IMG/VR virus record: IMGVR_UViG_3300050154_000139
Location: 1-29,251 of that record
Length of the DNA: 29,251 nt
Origin: a virus
Taxonomy: Duplodnaviria > Caudoviricetes
Strand: one strand, 5' to 3'
A program made the position numbers and the translations under genes. This document shows positions 1-9,094 of the stretch, piece after piece (the first letter of the stretch is position 1; the number at the start of each line of letters is the position of its first letter). Below the pieces are notes generated by a model. It did not search any database, was not told the origin of the DNA, and saw only the letters and a program-made list of their open reading frames with translations.

Positions 1-169
1 ACGAACCATAACAGCAAATAACACATACATAACTGACAAGAATAATTAGGGCGATTGCAATAGCAATCCAGCTGCTTGATGCCAAAATCGGAATAATTAG
101 AGTCATTGCTACCGATAAAAACAATACTGGAATCCCTAAAAAAATTGTTTTAAACAACTTCCATTTCAT
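1..169 (-). CDS. Hypothetical membrane protein (partial, runs off the window)
   Basis: Manual translation MKWKLFKTIFLGIPVLFLSVAMTLIIPILASSSWIAIAIALIILVSYVYVLFAV..., two hydrophobic segments; ATGA overlap with the upstream ORF. Confidence 0.6.
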   Translation of the reverse strand, partial: MKWKLFKTIFLGIPVLFLSVAMTLIIPILASSSWIAIAIALIILVSYVCVICCYGS

Positions 170-345
170 TGTTTCAACTCCCGATAATCAAAATCAAAGA
201 AATTGCATTGTTGGTCTTTAAGTGCAACAGAAATTCGCTCTTTGATTTCATGATCTGTTAATTCGACTGGGTTAACGATCAACCCAGTCAGTTCCTTGCT
301 TTGCGCATCATTAGTGATTGTTGCTGTCCATTGGTATTTATGCAT
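166..345 (-). CDS. Hypothetical protein, 59 aa
   Basis: Manual translation MHKYQWTATITNDAQSKELTGLIV...; fills the gap below ssb and is coupled to the next gene. Confidence 0.6.
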   Translation of the reverse strand: MHKYQWTATITNDAQSKELTGLIVNPVELTDHEIKERISVALKDQQCNFFDFDYRELKQ

Positions 346-354
346 GTCCGACCC

Positions 355-795
355 CTAGAACGGTATGTCGTCATCAAAATCAGTTGGTTGCCCATTTTGA
401 ACAGGCGCGGCTGATCTTTGTGCTGGTGTCTGTACTGGTGCTTGAGCTGCACCGCCTACTGAATTTTTTGGGCTCAACATTTGCATTTCATTAAACAAGA
501 TGTCTGTCGCATAGCGCTTTTGGCCCTGTTGATCAGTCCATTCGCTGGTTTGTAATTTACCTTCGACATAGATTTGATCTCCTTTGTGAACGTATTGCGC
601 ACAAATGTCTGCCAGTTTCCCAAATGCTTTACATCTGTGCCACTCGGTACGTTCCTGTCTCTGTCCGCTTTTGTCATTCCAGCTTTCGCTTGTCGCCAGT
701 GAAAACTGGACTACGTTTGTTGTGCCAGCCTGTCGAACCTCTGGATCTTGTCCCACGCGACCAAGCAGGATCACTTTATTCACGCCTTTAGCCAT
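355..795 (-). CDS. ssb: Single-stranded DNA-binding protein
   Basis: [19 protein letters not shown]-terminus, TEWHR, VEGKLQT and the acidic DFDDDIPF tail typical of E. coli-type SSB. Confidence 0.97.
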   Translation of the reverse strand: MAKGVNKVILLGRVGQDPEVRQAGTTNVVQFSLATSESWNDKSGQRQERTEWHRCKAFGKLADICAQYVHKGDQIYVEGKLQTSEWTDQQGQKRYATDILFNEMQMLSPKNSVGGAAQAPVQTPAQRSAAPVQNGQPTDFDDDIPF

Positions 796-798
796 TTC

Positions 799-1446
799 TT
801 AAAACTCCGTTACGTCTGATTTTTGTTCTGGTTCAGCCTGTTTTTCTTCTGCCTTTTTTTGTTCCGGCTTGGCAATGTTGAGCGCTTTCGGATCAAATGG
901 GGCGGACAGCTTAACTTTTTGCGAGTCTTTAGCATCGATCAGGATCTTCTGCTCCGGTGATCCTGCATCAAACTTCCGGTATTCATCTTTGAAGATCGTT
1001 TGTAGTTCTTCCATTGTTTTCGCGCTCTCGATCATTTTGGCGCTGTGTGATACCGATGCCTTAGCGCCCTGCCCGTCATCGTCTTCCTGTGTTATTTTCA
1101 GCATCGCGCACAGATGATAACGGCGTGCGTATGTCAGTGCCGCCCCATATCCCTGTGGGTCTTGCTTTGGCAATGGCATCACCATGGTTTCGGACATCCA
1201 TTGCCCCGATGTGTGCAGGATCATGGTTTCCAGATGCAGTTTACCATCATCTGATTCGGTCGGAGTCTGGATTACGGCTAAATCACATGTCTCAAGGGCA
1301 CCATCAACGGCATCCAGGACATCACCAAGATTTGCGTATGTGCTTTTCAGATGTGGATTAGTTGAGCTTTTTTTTGCATTGACTACAAGTTTTTGTGCTT
1401 TGACGATAGCCGCAGCAATCGCTTCCATTTTTTCAGAAAATCTCAT
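799..1446 (-). CDS. erf: ERF-family ssDNA annealing recombinase
   Basis: NPHLKSTYANL and the PQGYGAALTYARRY...DDDG ERF motif; lies between exonuclease and ssb. Confidence 0.92.
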   Translation of the reverse strand: MRFSEKMEAIAAAIVKAQKLVVNAKKSSTNPHLKSTYANLGDVLDAVDGALETCDLAVIQTPTESDDGKLHLETMILHTSGQWMSETMVMPLPKQDPQGYGAALTYARRYHLCAMLKITQEDDDGQGAKASVSHSAKMIESAKTMEELQTIFKDEYRKFDAGSPEQKILIDAKDSQKVKLSAPFDPKALNIAKPEQKKAEEKQAEPEQKSDVTEF

Positions 1447-2378
1447 TATTTTTCCATCCCATAGCGTTTCAATAAATAATCAGGCGTTGGCAGGTCCATC
1501 ACTGGAGATCCATACATGGGCCAAATGTTTGTTTTTCGGCATTCGAACATGATTTTCAGTGCGGTCTTGTACTGCATGCGGCCTACGTCGAGCTGCGCAG
1601 ATGTCAGGTCAAATGCAACTGGAATGAATGGTGATTTTTTGCACTGAGCCAGTAGCGTAACGCTCTCTGGATCTCGCCCGTATGCAGTTGTGAAAACATC
1701 ATGCTGCAATGCCATTTTGAGCCAGTATCCATTATCATGAGCGCTGCGGCCAAAATCATCGGGTTTTGAGCTTGCTGCGGATTTGTAATCAACAATCCGG
1801 CCTGATTTTGTCATGACATCAAACCGACATTTCACTGGGTAACCGTCGATTTCACAAAACACGGATACTTCTGTTGCCGCCCCATCAAACCAGTTTCGAT
1901 ATTGTTCAACTGAAAATAGGACGCTGCGCATTTTTTGCATGATGTCCCAGTCTTTTGCCGAGACGATTGTTTTGTCATTATTTGCTTCCTGAAAATCTTT
2001 CAAGATCTGTTTGTACAGATATGGCTTTTCTCCAGTAGCCAAGATCATCTCAATCAACTCGTCTGCTTTCTTCCCTGAACCTCCTTTGATGCCGCGTTCT
2101 GATAGCCACGCTCTCATTTCAATGTCAGTACGTAGAACGCCTTCATAGTCATCCGGTGACGGCTCCCGAACGAATTCAGCTTCAAATCTGGATGGCTCCA
2201 GCATCAGCGCGTGACTGTTAGTCCCAAAAGTCAGCGCCTGTTTTTCTTCGCGTTCGGCATAACGGTATTCCGCTGGGCAGGTGAAATATAAGCTCGCAAG
2301 CTCTGAACCGGACACGAATTCCGTATCTTCATGATACTGCTCATTGGTGAGTTCGTTGTTTAAGAACACTTTAGTCAT
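1446..2378 (-). CDS. RecE/exonuclease VIII-like PD-(D/E)XK exonuclease (DUF3799)
   Basis: NEQYH, SGSEL, FGTNSH, KCRFD, IVDYKS, YWLKMALQ motifs; start placed at MTKVF. Confidence 0.88.
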   Translation of the reverse strand: MTKVFLNNELTNEQYHEDTEFVSGSELASLYFTCPAEYRYAEREEKQALTFGTNSHALMLEPSRFEAEFVREPSPDDYEGVLRTDIEMRAWLSERGIKGGSGKKADELIEMILATGEKPYLYKQILKDFQEANNDKTIVSAKDWDIMQKMRSVLFSVEQYRNWFDGAATEVSVFCEIDGYPVKCRFDVMTKSGRIVDYKSAASSKPDDFGRSAHDNGYWLKMALQHDVFTTAYGRDPESVTLLAQCKKSPFIPVAFDLTSAQLDVGRMQYKTALKIMFECRKTNIWPMYGSPVMDLPTPDYLLKRYGMEK

Positions 2379-3252
2379 TATCTGATACCTCAACAAATTC
2401 ACCGTTTTGATCTAGTGAATACCATGTATCTGGTTTTACATCTTCACCAACAATCGCACTTTTGATGTGAATTAAATCACCATTATCATTGCGATAAACG
2501 CAAACAATCGCACTCCCTTCGCATGCTTTTGCTTTTGATTTGTATCCGGATGCTATTGCAATGGAATTTCGGCCACTAACTGTCGCAGCGGACTGGTATC
2601 CCGTGTTGGTCGCAGCAGACTGGTCTCCCGTGTTGGTCGCAGCGGACTGGTCTCCCGTGTTGGTCGCAGCAGACCAGTTGCCCGTGTTGGTCGCAGCGGA
2701 CTGGTCTCCCGTGTTGGTCGCAGCAGACTGGTATCCCGTGTTGGTCGCAGCAGACCAGTTGCCCGTGTTGGTCGCAGCGGACTGGTCTCCCGTGTTGGTC
2801 GCAGCGGACTGGTCTCCCGTGTTGGTCGCAGCGGACTGGTATCCCGTGTTGGTCGCAGCAGACTGGTCTCCCGTGTTGGTCGCAGCAGACTGGTCTCCCG
2901 TGTTGGTCGCAGCAGACTGGTATCCCGTGTTGGTTTCTTTTTTTGTCTTTTTTATTTTAGATAAAATAAACTTAACCGATTCTTGAACCATAATTGACAA
3001 GTCAATTTCTGCGTGAATAGTTATTTTCGCTGATGAGACCTTGTCTTTATTCCTTGATATTTCTCCATCAAGATCTACTTCAGCAAAGCGGCTTGTTGGT
3101 CCGTAATAATTAAAGACGTCCAGTGGGTATTCACATGCGTGATAACCATTTTTGCAAACTTCTACCTTGTCGCTCATCTCATAAGTCTTGCCAATTTCAT
3201 ATTGAAATCCTTGGCAAGTTAAATCTGCATTAAAACCTTTATATGCTTTCAT
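2371..3252 (-). CDS. DUF7666-like phage protein with 13 nonapeptide repeats
   Basis: MKAYKGF...CQGFQYEIGKTY...GYHACEYPLDVFNYY N-domain; TNTG(D/Y/N)(Q/W)SAA repeats; VKPDTWYSL C-terminus. Confidence 0.85.
   Translation of the reverse strand: MKAYKGFNADLTCQGFQYEIGKTYEMSDKVEVCKNGYHACEYPLDVFNYYGPTSRFAEVDLDGEISRNKDKVSSAKITIHAEIDLSIMVQESVKFILSKIKKTKKETNTGYQSAATNTGDQSAATNTGDQSAATNTGYQSAATNTGDQSAATNTGDQSAATNTGNWSAATNTGYQSAATNTGDQSAATNTGNWSAATNTGDQSAATNTGDQSAATNTGYQSAATVSGRNSIAIASGYKSKAKACEGSAIVCVYRNDNGDLIHIKSAIVGEDVKPDTWYSLDQNGEFVEVSDND
2584..2934. repeat. 27-bp tandem repeat, 13 copies (coding)
   Basis: Unit cgcagcRgactggtctcccgtgttggt with YQ, DQ and NW variants. Confidence 0.97.
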
Positions 3253-3281
3253 GTTTTTGACTCCGTGTTTTTGATAGATTC

Positions 3282-3332
3282 AAGATACAAAAAAGCCAGC
3301 AATATAACCACTGGCTTTACCATTCTTTACAA
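3282..3332 (-). promoter_or_regulatory. Phage promoter element, copy 1, with a terminator hairpin in the spacer
   Basis: TTGTAAAG-AATG-GTAAAG-N26-GTATCTT; spacer holds GCCAG...CTGGC followed by T6. Confidence 0.75.
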
Positions 3333-3333
3333 T

Positions 3334-4305
3334 TTAGCTTGTCGCATCTTCATCGCGTTGCGCAAAATAATTGATGATGTCATTGCGCAGGCCAATGTAG
3401 TTTTTGGCTCCCTTTGATAGCTTATACATTCCGTTGCTGTCTTCGACCAAATCTGTGTACGGGTTGAATTCATTCTTCTCCAGGATCTCGTTTCTGCTGT
3501 AGTATTTTCGCTTGGCTTTATTGCCGTGGAAATGATGAATAATCAGTCCATCGACATATCCGACTGACTGATAAAGACCAGTGCAATTGGCCTGATAATC
3601 CATAACGCTTTGGATGTACTGAGGGTGAAGTGCATAATCGTGCTCTGGAGGTAATCCTTCACGTGCGCGGCCAAGCCATGCGCACAGGCTGATCCAGTCA
3701 CCATTCCCAATAATCGATTTGTCATAGTACCCACCCATGATGTCGATTGCCTCGCGGGTAAATGCCCACGCGTAACCTACATGTGCCTGCTGACAATCCA
3801 GATTACCAGTGTACTCATTGGCAAGCATTGGGGCGGTAGGATTGCGCTGGTACTCACACATGAATCCTCTACGCAGATTCGTCCCTTCGCTATCAATATC
3901 CAGATCGCAGCACTGGCTGAACATTTGCACGATCTTGTATTGATTCAATCGATAGATCGTGTCTGCAACCCAGTTGTGATTCACAAACGTCACGTCAGCA
4001 TCGATCATGGCGGCATACTTCCAGTCTTTCGGAAGACGATGGATCAGCATATTTACGGCCCGCTCTTTGCACCACAATATGTCGCTAGAGTTGATCTGGA
4101 TGTGTTTGGGGTCATCCTCCGAGCTGCCGACGAATGGGTGACCATCCGGTGAGATTTCGCAGATATACAGATCCACGTTTGGTTCCTTGCGCATACGCTC
4201 ACAGAATTCATTATGCAGCTGCACACGGCGCTTGAACCCGCTCGGGTTGAATAGTGTCACCAAGACATGGAGTTTTTCATTTGAGTGATAGTGATTGCTG
4301 ATCAT
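3334..4305 (-). CDS. Putative GT-A fold glycosyltransferase
   Basis: LWCKERAVN, AMIDADVTF (DxD), GYAWAFTREAIDIMGGY, GNGD, IIHHFHG motifs. Confidence 0.7.
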   Translation of the reverse strand: MISNHYHSNEKLHVLVTLFNPSGFKRRVQLHNEFCERMRKEPNVDLYICEISPDGHPFVGSSEDDPKHIQINSSDILWCKERAVNMLIHRLPKDWKYAAMIDADVTFVNHNWVADTIYRLNQYKIVQMFSQCCDLDIDSEGTNLRRGFMCEYQRNPTAPMLANEYTGNLDCQQAHVGYAWAFTREAIDIMGGYYDKSIIGNGDWISLCAWLGRAREGLPPEHDYALHPQYIQSVMDYQANCTGLYQSVGYVDGLIIHHFHGNKAKRKYYSRNEILEKNEFNPYTDLVEDSNGMYKLSKGAKNYIGLRNDIINYFAQRDEDATS

Positions 4306-4753
4306 GATTTTGTCCGTTTTGTAGATATGATTGGAATGCTTCGATCATTTTGTGATAACCGAATGCGGCACAGCAATAGTAACCTCTGTCGCCCCAATCT
4401 TTTAATATTTTACATTGCTTTTCGAAGTGTTCTTTATCTTTTTTGGTTTTCAAGGATAGCGCTGGGTTTTTGCGTTTGCACTCCATGACGAACCCGTGAT
4501 AGCCGTTGTGAGGTGCCATCACGATGATATCCGGACATCCGAATAACACCCCTTTCTCATACTGCGAGTTGCGGGCTTGTGGTGGCAAGTCACCCTCGTT
4601 AGGACAATGAACCAATGTCAGTGAAAGTTCTGGGTGATGATACCGGAACCAGGCGCACCAGCTTTTTAGATCTGTGTCTTCCGTGTTGCAGCTTCCCCGA
4701 AAATCCTGCTCACAGAAAAGCAGGATCGGGGATTCGACTGTTATGGTCATCAT
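4277..4753 (-). CDS. VRR-NUC domain nuclease (resolvase-like)
   Basis: HCPNEG, GVLFGCPDII, VMECKR, Q...GYYCCAAFG. Confidence 0.85.
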   Translation of the reverse strand: MMTITVESPILLFCEQDFRGSCNTEDTDLKSWCAWFRYHHPELSLTLVHCPNEGDLPPQARNSQYEKGVLFGCPDIIVMAPHNGYHGFVMECKRKNPALSLKTKKDKEHFEKQCKILKDWGDRGYYCCAAFGYHKMIEAFQSYLQNGQNHDQQSLSLK

Positions 4754-4811
4754 TTCAATGAATCAAAGTATTTTCTATTTACAGCTCGAATAATTGATTG
4801 TTTTTGCATGA

Positions 4812-4997
4812 TTATGATCCTGTCGTGATATTCCCACTACTATCAACCGTCAAGCCAAGAGCTTTCATTGCTGTTTGGTACGCCGCAAGATCAGATTCTT
4901 GGTAGAACACATGACCATCCACTGTAACAATGCACCACGGGTAATCTGTTGAATCAAATGCTGATAATTCAACGTCTGAGATTGTTTTAATGGTCAT
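4812..4997 (-). CDS. Hypothetical 61-aa protein, possible fibre chaperone
   Basis: Follows the fibre-like gene directly (TAATAATG junction). Confidence 0.55.
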   Translation of the reverse strand: MTIKTISDVELSAFDSTDYPWCIVTVDGHVFYQESDLAAYQTAMKALGLTVDSSGNITTGS

Positions 4998-4999
4998 TA

Positions 5000-5725
5000 T
5001 TAAACCCTCCGTTCAACATACATGTCGTAACCATAAGCCGTAAATGCTTCGGTAGCTCCTTGAGCTAATGAGATATTTAGTGTCTGGCTGATAGATTGGT
5101 CAAACGTAACGCCGACTGGGGTACTTGAGTAAAAAGGGTCACTAAGCGTTCCTGCCGAATTCAATAATGCCAACATACTACCCGAGCCATTTAACATAGT
5201 AACAAATCTTGCTTTTACACCAAGAACTCCGGCCGCTGCGCATCTTGCGGAAGCGAGCAACGTCCCAACAGAATTGGCTATATATAAATTTTTTGCGTTT
5301 GCGCTGCTTGTATATGTAGCTTGCACTTCACAAATTAACCTCCCCCCGGAGCCCAGTAAGTTCGCAGGTACAACCGGTGAATAAATTAGATTGCTCGTTA
5401 GCGCGCCTGTAACCTGCGTCCGACTTGACCCAACTTTAATTAGTGAATTATTCAGACTCTGCCAGTTTGAGCTATCCCAGATAAACGTGTGCAGGCCTAA
5501 ATCAGTAGCCCGACAAATCATTCCTGTCGCAAGCTGTGTTGTAGCTATTGAAAGGATGTCAGCCCATGCTCTTGCTGGAAGTGGTTCAAATGTCCAAACA
5601 GATCCTGAATCATAGGCCATCACGCCAGAATCTGAGATCCAGATTCGCTGCTCTGACTCCATGGTTGATGCTGGCGGCAAATTCGCCAGCGTGCAAGTGT
5701 AAATTGTGTCATTAATTTTTTGCAT
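5000..5725 (-). CDS. Fibre-like/virion-like hypothetical protein
   Basis: Two imperfect N-terminal repeats (TLANLP...DSGSVW; AWADIL...WDSSNW) and a Ser/Thr/Gly/Ala-rich beta C-terminal region; TAATG coupling to the helicase. Confidence 0.5.
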   Translation of the reverse strand: MQKINDTIYTCTLANLPPASTMESEQRIWISDSGVMAYDSGSVWTFEPLPARAWADILSIATTQLATGMICRATDLGLHTFIWDSSNWQSLNNSLIKVGSSRTQVTGALTSNLIYSPVVPANLLGSGGRLICEVQATYTSSANAKNLYIANSVGTLLASARCAAAGVLGVKARFVTMLNGSGSMLALLNSAGTLSDPFYSSTPVGVTFDQSISQTLNISLAQGATEAFTAYGYDMYVERRV

Positions 5726-7512
5726 TAAAAATTAACCCCATTGATTACATCGCGACCTTTCAGGTTTTTTCGATGTGTGATTGATGTTGGCACGGCAAAG
5801 AATTTTTTCATGTGACAGATGTCTTCCGCTGATTTCATGTTCATGATCCTGCTTATTATCGACCAATCCTTGATGTGACGGGCTAATAAATTCATTTTTA
5901 AAATCTTTCGCGCTGGCTCTGAATTTATACTGAAAAATAGCCGTGCAGCCTGTTCTTTATCGTCATCAATAAACCGGTATACAGCCATGATACCGCCGTT
6001 TTTGCAAGGCTCCAAATCGAATCCGGTGCACGTTTTCCAGTCTTTATCGGTATAGTGCTTGCCATAAAGTTTTTCGTTTGGATCGATTAACTCTTTTCCA
6101 CAGTCCGGATTGCGACAGGTCTGCGCGGTTGGGTCGTTTTGCGTGCCGCAGCTCTTGCAGACTTTTGACACAAAAAAGAACTCACAGCGATTGCCATCAT
6201 TGACCCCAATACACCTCCTCGCACCGGGTGAGTTTTCAGCGCCACATGCCGGGCAATATTTCAGGTCTTTTTTCTCTTTTTTTGCTTTGCTCAATGACGC
6301 ACGTTCAAGAATTGGATCGCTGTACAGTGACCCCATGGCATCCATAGTTCCTGAATAATCCAGCACCAGATGGTCGGGCTTCATAATTCCTTGTTCTTTG
6401 AGAACATCATCAAGCAAGCGCATCCCGCGCCCCAAAAGCTGTATCAATAATGTCAGTGAGTGGATCCTGCGCAAGATCACCGATGTGTCCCAATATGGAA
6501 CGTTCACGCCGGTAGTCAGACACCCGATTTGCAGCATATATTTCAGCTTGCCAGATTTCGCTGATTTTAGGGCGTGCATGCGGTCATCAAAAGTCGTGTC
6601 GTCCGTGATGATTGCGTAACTTCCTTCCGGCAATACCGCTGCTGCCTGCTGGCAGTGGCTCTTGTTTGCGCAGGTGATCAATACGCCATTCCTGCCTTTT
6701 GTCAGCTCCATAACGTGGCGCATTATTTTTTGCGTCAGCGTTGGATCTTTCGTCAAAATCTCGGCCATTTCGTCGAGTTCTTTTTGCGAAAAATCATCTG
6801 TGCCAGCCGCTTCAAAATTACTGAACTTATCCAAATCATATCGCTCGTCATCTTCCGGCCATCCGAAAATGGTCGGAACAAGGAAACCAAGTTCCACCAG
6901 TTCTTCAGTCTCGATCTTGTAAATCATCTTGTGCCAGAAATCTCCTAAGATCGACTCCGTACCACGGTATGGGCTTCCGGTGTAACCGATGATCATGAGT
7001 CGTGGATTCAGTTTGTAAAAATGCTGGATGATTTTCCCGAAAACCGTTTCGGCTTTTTCAGACATACAATCCTGCCATGATAATTGGTGACATTCATCAA
7101 TCAACAGCACATCAGGAACCCACTCAGTGAACCGTTGATCAAGTGCGTTTGCGACCGTCTTTTCCTGCCCCATCACAACCGGATAGTGCGTGGATTTTCG
7201 TTTCAGAGACGCGCTATAGATCGAGTTCTTCACATCCATCAACCAGCCCATTTCTGAGTTCTGTTCGATAATTTCGGCCTGTCGCGCCATCACCATGCAC
7301 TTCCAGCCAGTTATCTTCTGGACATGCTCTGCGACCGCGCCAATCATCAGTGATTTACCAGCACCGACCGATGCGTAAACAAAGCCTGGTCTTGGTGCCA
7401 AATGTTCTTCTTTGAATCGTTTGAATTCTTGCCGGATGTATTCGATAGTCGCATCATGTGCGCTATTCTGAAACGGTCTGAGCTCGATTTTTCCTAGTTT
7501 CATACTCTTCAA
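5725..7512 (-). CDS. SF2 DExH helicase (RadD/YejH- or T1-like) with C-terminal Zn ribbons
   Basis: LRPFQ, GAGKS, DECH, TGSP, LTTGVN, QLLGRGMR; CPAC and CKSC clusters. Confidence 0.92.
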   Translation of the reverse strand: MKSMKLGKIELRPFQNSAHDATIEYIRQEFKRFKEEHLAPRPGFVYASVGAGKSLMIGAVAEHVQKITGWKCMVMARQAEIIEQNSEMGWLMDVKNSIYSASLKRKSTHYPVVMGQEKTVANALDQRFTEWVPDVLLIDECHQLSWQDCMSEKAETVFGKIIQHFYKLNPRLMIIGYTGSPYRGTESILGDFWHKMIYKIETEELVELGFLVPTIFGWPEDDERYDLDKFSNFEAAGTDDFSQKELDEMAEILTKDPTLTQKIMRHVMELTKGRNGVLITCANKSHCQQAAAVLPEGSYAIITDDTTFDDRMHALKSAKSGKLKYMLQIGCLTTGVNVPYWDTSVILRRIHSLTLLIQLLGRGMRLLDDVLKEQGIMKPDHLVLDYSGTMDAMGSLYSDPILERASLSKAKKEKKDLKYCPACGAENSPGARRCIGVNDGNRCEFFFVSKVCKSCGTQNDPTAQTCRNPDCGKELIDPNEKLYGKHYTDKDWKTCTGFDLEPCKNGGIMAVYRFIDDDKEQAARLFFSINSEPARKILKMNLLARHIKDWSIISRIMNMKSAEDICHMKKFFAVPTSITHRKNLKGRDVINGVNF

Positions 7513-8404
7513 ATAGCTCCGCTAAGTCATAAATCTTCGAATAGCTACCGCATTGGCTGAGGTAATCGCCGCCTTTCGGGAAGATCCCGAAAATAGTGAT
7601 GAAGTCGCGCTGGAGTTTGTCGATAAAATCCCACTCCCATTCGATCAGTACGCAGACTTTCCCTGTGAACACTGAGGCTTTTCGGCTTACCAACAACTCA
7701 ATCATATTTTCCCGAGTCCATGAGCAAATGCTTGGAATGCCCGTTCTTTCAGTGAAGATCTGGCACTCGATCCAATTCACCCCAACAACAACCAACTTTG
7801 CACCGCGCAGCGTCCCGATAACCGTGTACCCGCCGATGGTCATGCCACCAGCCAGATACTCGACTGATTCGTCATCATTCACGATCCCGTAGTTAATCGT
7901 CCGGTCAGTTCGCGTGATTGGGATACAATTGCGTTTTTGTTTGTCGCATTTCATTCCGTTCAGGCCGAGTCCATATCTGAAAGTCAGGCCAGTAAGCGGG
8001 GTTTCTGTAAGCTGTTTTTCGAAAGTAGAGATTTCATCAACTGAGCAGATGTAACTTCCGTCCGCCTCAATCTTTTTTTCTACCAATGACCGGTCAAATG
8101 TTACTGATTTGTTATCGATCCCCAAAAAGTTCGATATTGATTTCACAAAATCAGGAAATGCCCAATCGGTGACTCGCATTGCGACATATTCAGCAGAATG
8201 AGTGCCGCAAAACCGACAGAAAAGCGATATGCGACCCTCTGTCTGCTGATGCCAGTGCGCTCTGTCCGTACCTTCTCCGCACAGTGGGCAAGGGCCGTTT
8301 TTCGTATCCTTGCCCTTGAATTGTCCAACAGTGACGCCAATGGTGCCAAGATATTCCGGCCAAAGACCGGACATCATTGGTTTTATTTCTGTGTTGTAGT
8401 CCAT
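7463..8404 (-). CDS. Primase-like protein: Zn ribbon plus degenerate TOPRIM
   Basis: GPCPLCG..TDRAH...FCRFCG Zn-binding domain; overlaps the helicase gene. Confidence 0.7.
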   Translation of the reverse strand: MDYNTEIKPMMSGLWPEYLGTIGVTVGQFKGKDTKNGPCPLCGEGTDRAHWHQQTEGRISLFCRFCGTHSAEYVAMRVTDWAFPDFVKSISNFLGIDNKSVTFDRSLVEKKIEADGSYICSVDEISTFEKQLTETPLTGLTFRYGLGLNGMKCDKQKRNCIPITRTDRTINYGIVNDDESVEYLAGGMTIGGYTVIGTLRGAKLVVVGVNWIECQIFTERTGIPSICSWTRENMIELLVSRKASVFTGKVCVLIEWEWDFIDKLQRDFITIFGIFPKGGDYLSQCGSYSKIYDLAELFEEYETRKNRAQTVSE

Positions 8405-8727
8405 TTTTCCACCAACTCAATCACAGCTTCTTCGTTATCAAAGAGCACACCACGCGCAGCCAGTGCGCCATACACCGCTTCTGAGTAGTAAGCGACACCA
8501 ACCCCTTTTGCCATGGCTAGATCAGGATAGTAAACGAATGAGCCTTCTTCTGGGGCGATGATTGGGGTTTTGTTTACCCATTTTCGCGTTTCAAAGTCAG
8601 CATTGATGAATTCAAGTTTAAACTCCTGCCATTCTCCACCTGCTTTTCTGGCCTCAAACTTCTCACCACTTTCAATCAGATCAGCCAGCTTTCTGAGCTC
8701 AATCACCGCTTTTTTCGCATCCATCAT
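8383..8727 (-). CDS. Hypothetical protein
   Basis: 114-aa ORF with GAGG RBS, in the operon. Confidence 0.7.
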   Translation of the reverse strand: MMDAKKAVIELRKLADLIESGEKFEARKAGGEWQEFKLEFINADFETRKWVNKTPIIAPEEGSFVYYPDLAMAKGVGVAYYSEAVYGALAARGVLFDNEEAVIELVEKWTTTQK

Positions 8728-8932
8728 TTATCATCACCTCAATCTGTTTTTGCCGTTTAGCCACCAGGTAATTGCTTGATGACCGGAAGAAACCCAATGC
8801 CTGCAAACTCAGCACTGATTTCACTGTTTTACCCGTGCTCCTGTCGTGAACGTACCACATGGATTTTCTTTTCTGTTTCACAAACACCTCCAATTCCACA
8901 TGTGGCGATCTTATCATCCGTGCCAATCCCAA
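8699..8932 (-). CDS. Hypothetical protein
   Basis: ORF fills an operon gap; start uncertain. Confidence 0.5.
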   Translation of the reverse strand: MGLARMIRSPHVELEVFVKQKRKSMWYVHDRSTGKTVKSVLSLQALGFFRSSSNYLVAKRQKQIEVMINDGCEKSGD

Positions 8933-8951
8933 CCAGTGAATTTGCTTTTAT

Positions 8952-9092
8952 TTACAATTCACTAGCCATTTGCGCATCTATTTTTGAAACAAGATTGCAT
9001 TCTTCCTGCGTCTTGCAATTCGTGGGTTCATCAATCAGTTTACTGGCCTCGACATACGAAACCAGCACAAAAAATATTGCGATAATTTTCAT
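8952..9092 (-). CDS. Small exported/membrane protein, 46 aa
   Basis: Manual translation MKIIAIFFVLVSYVEASKLIDEPTNCKTQEEC...; hydrophobic N-terminus. Confidence 0.5.
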   Translation of the reverse strand: MKIIAIFFVLVSYVEASKLIDEPTNCKTQEECNLVSKIDAQMASEL

Positions 9093-9094
9093 TT

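Noticed and set aside
2584-2934. CRISPR or mini-array interpretation of the 27-bp repeats
   Set aside because: Units are contiguous with no unique spacers and are in frame within a coding gene
2540-2986. Plus-strand ORF with VAADWSPVL repeats, and other plus-strand ORFs lying over minus-strand genes
   Set aside because: Antisense shadows of well-supported minus-strand genes
4754-4811. Possible further copy of the promoter element before VRR-NUC (TACTTTGATTCATTGAA)
   Set aside because: The downstream part is similar but the GTAAAG pair is not at the conserved distance
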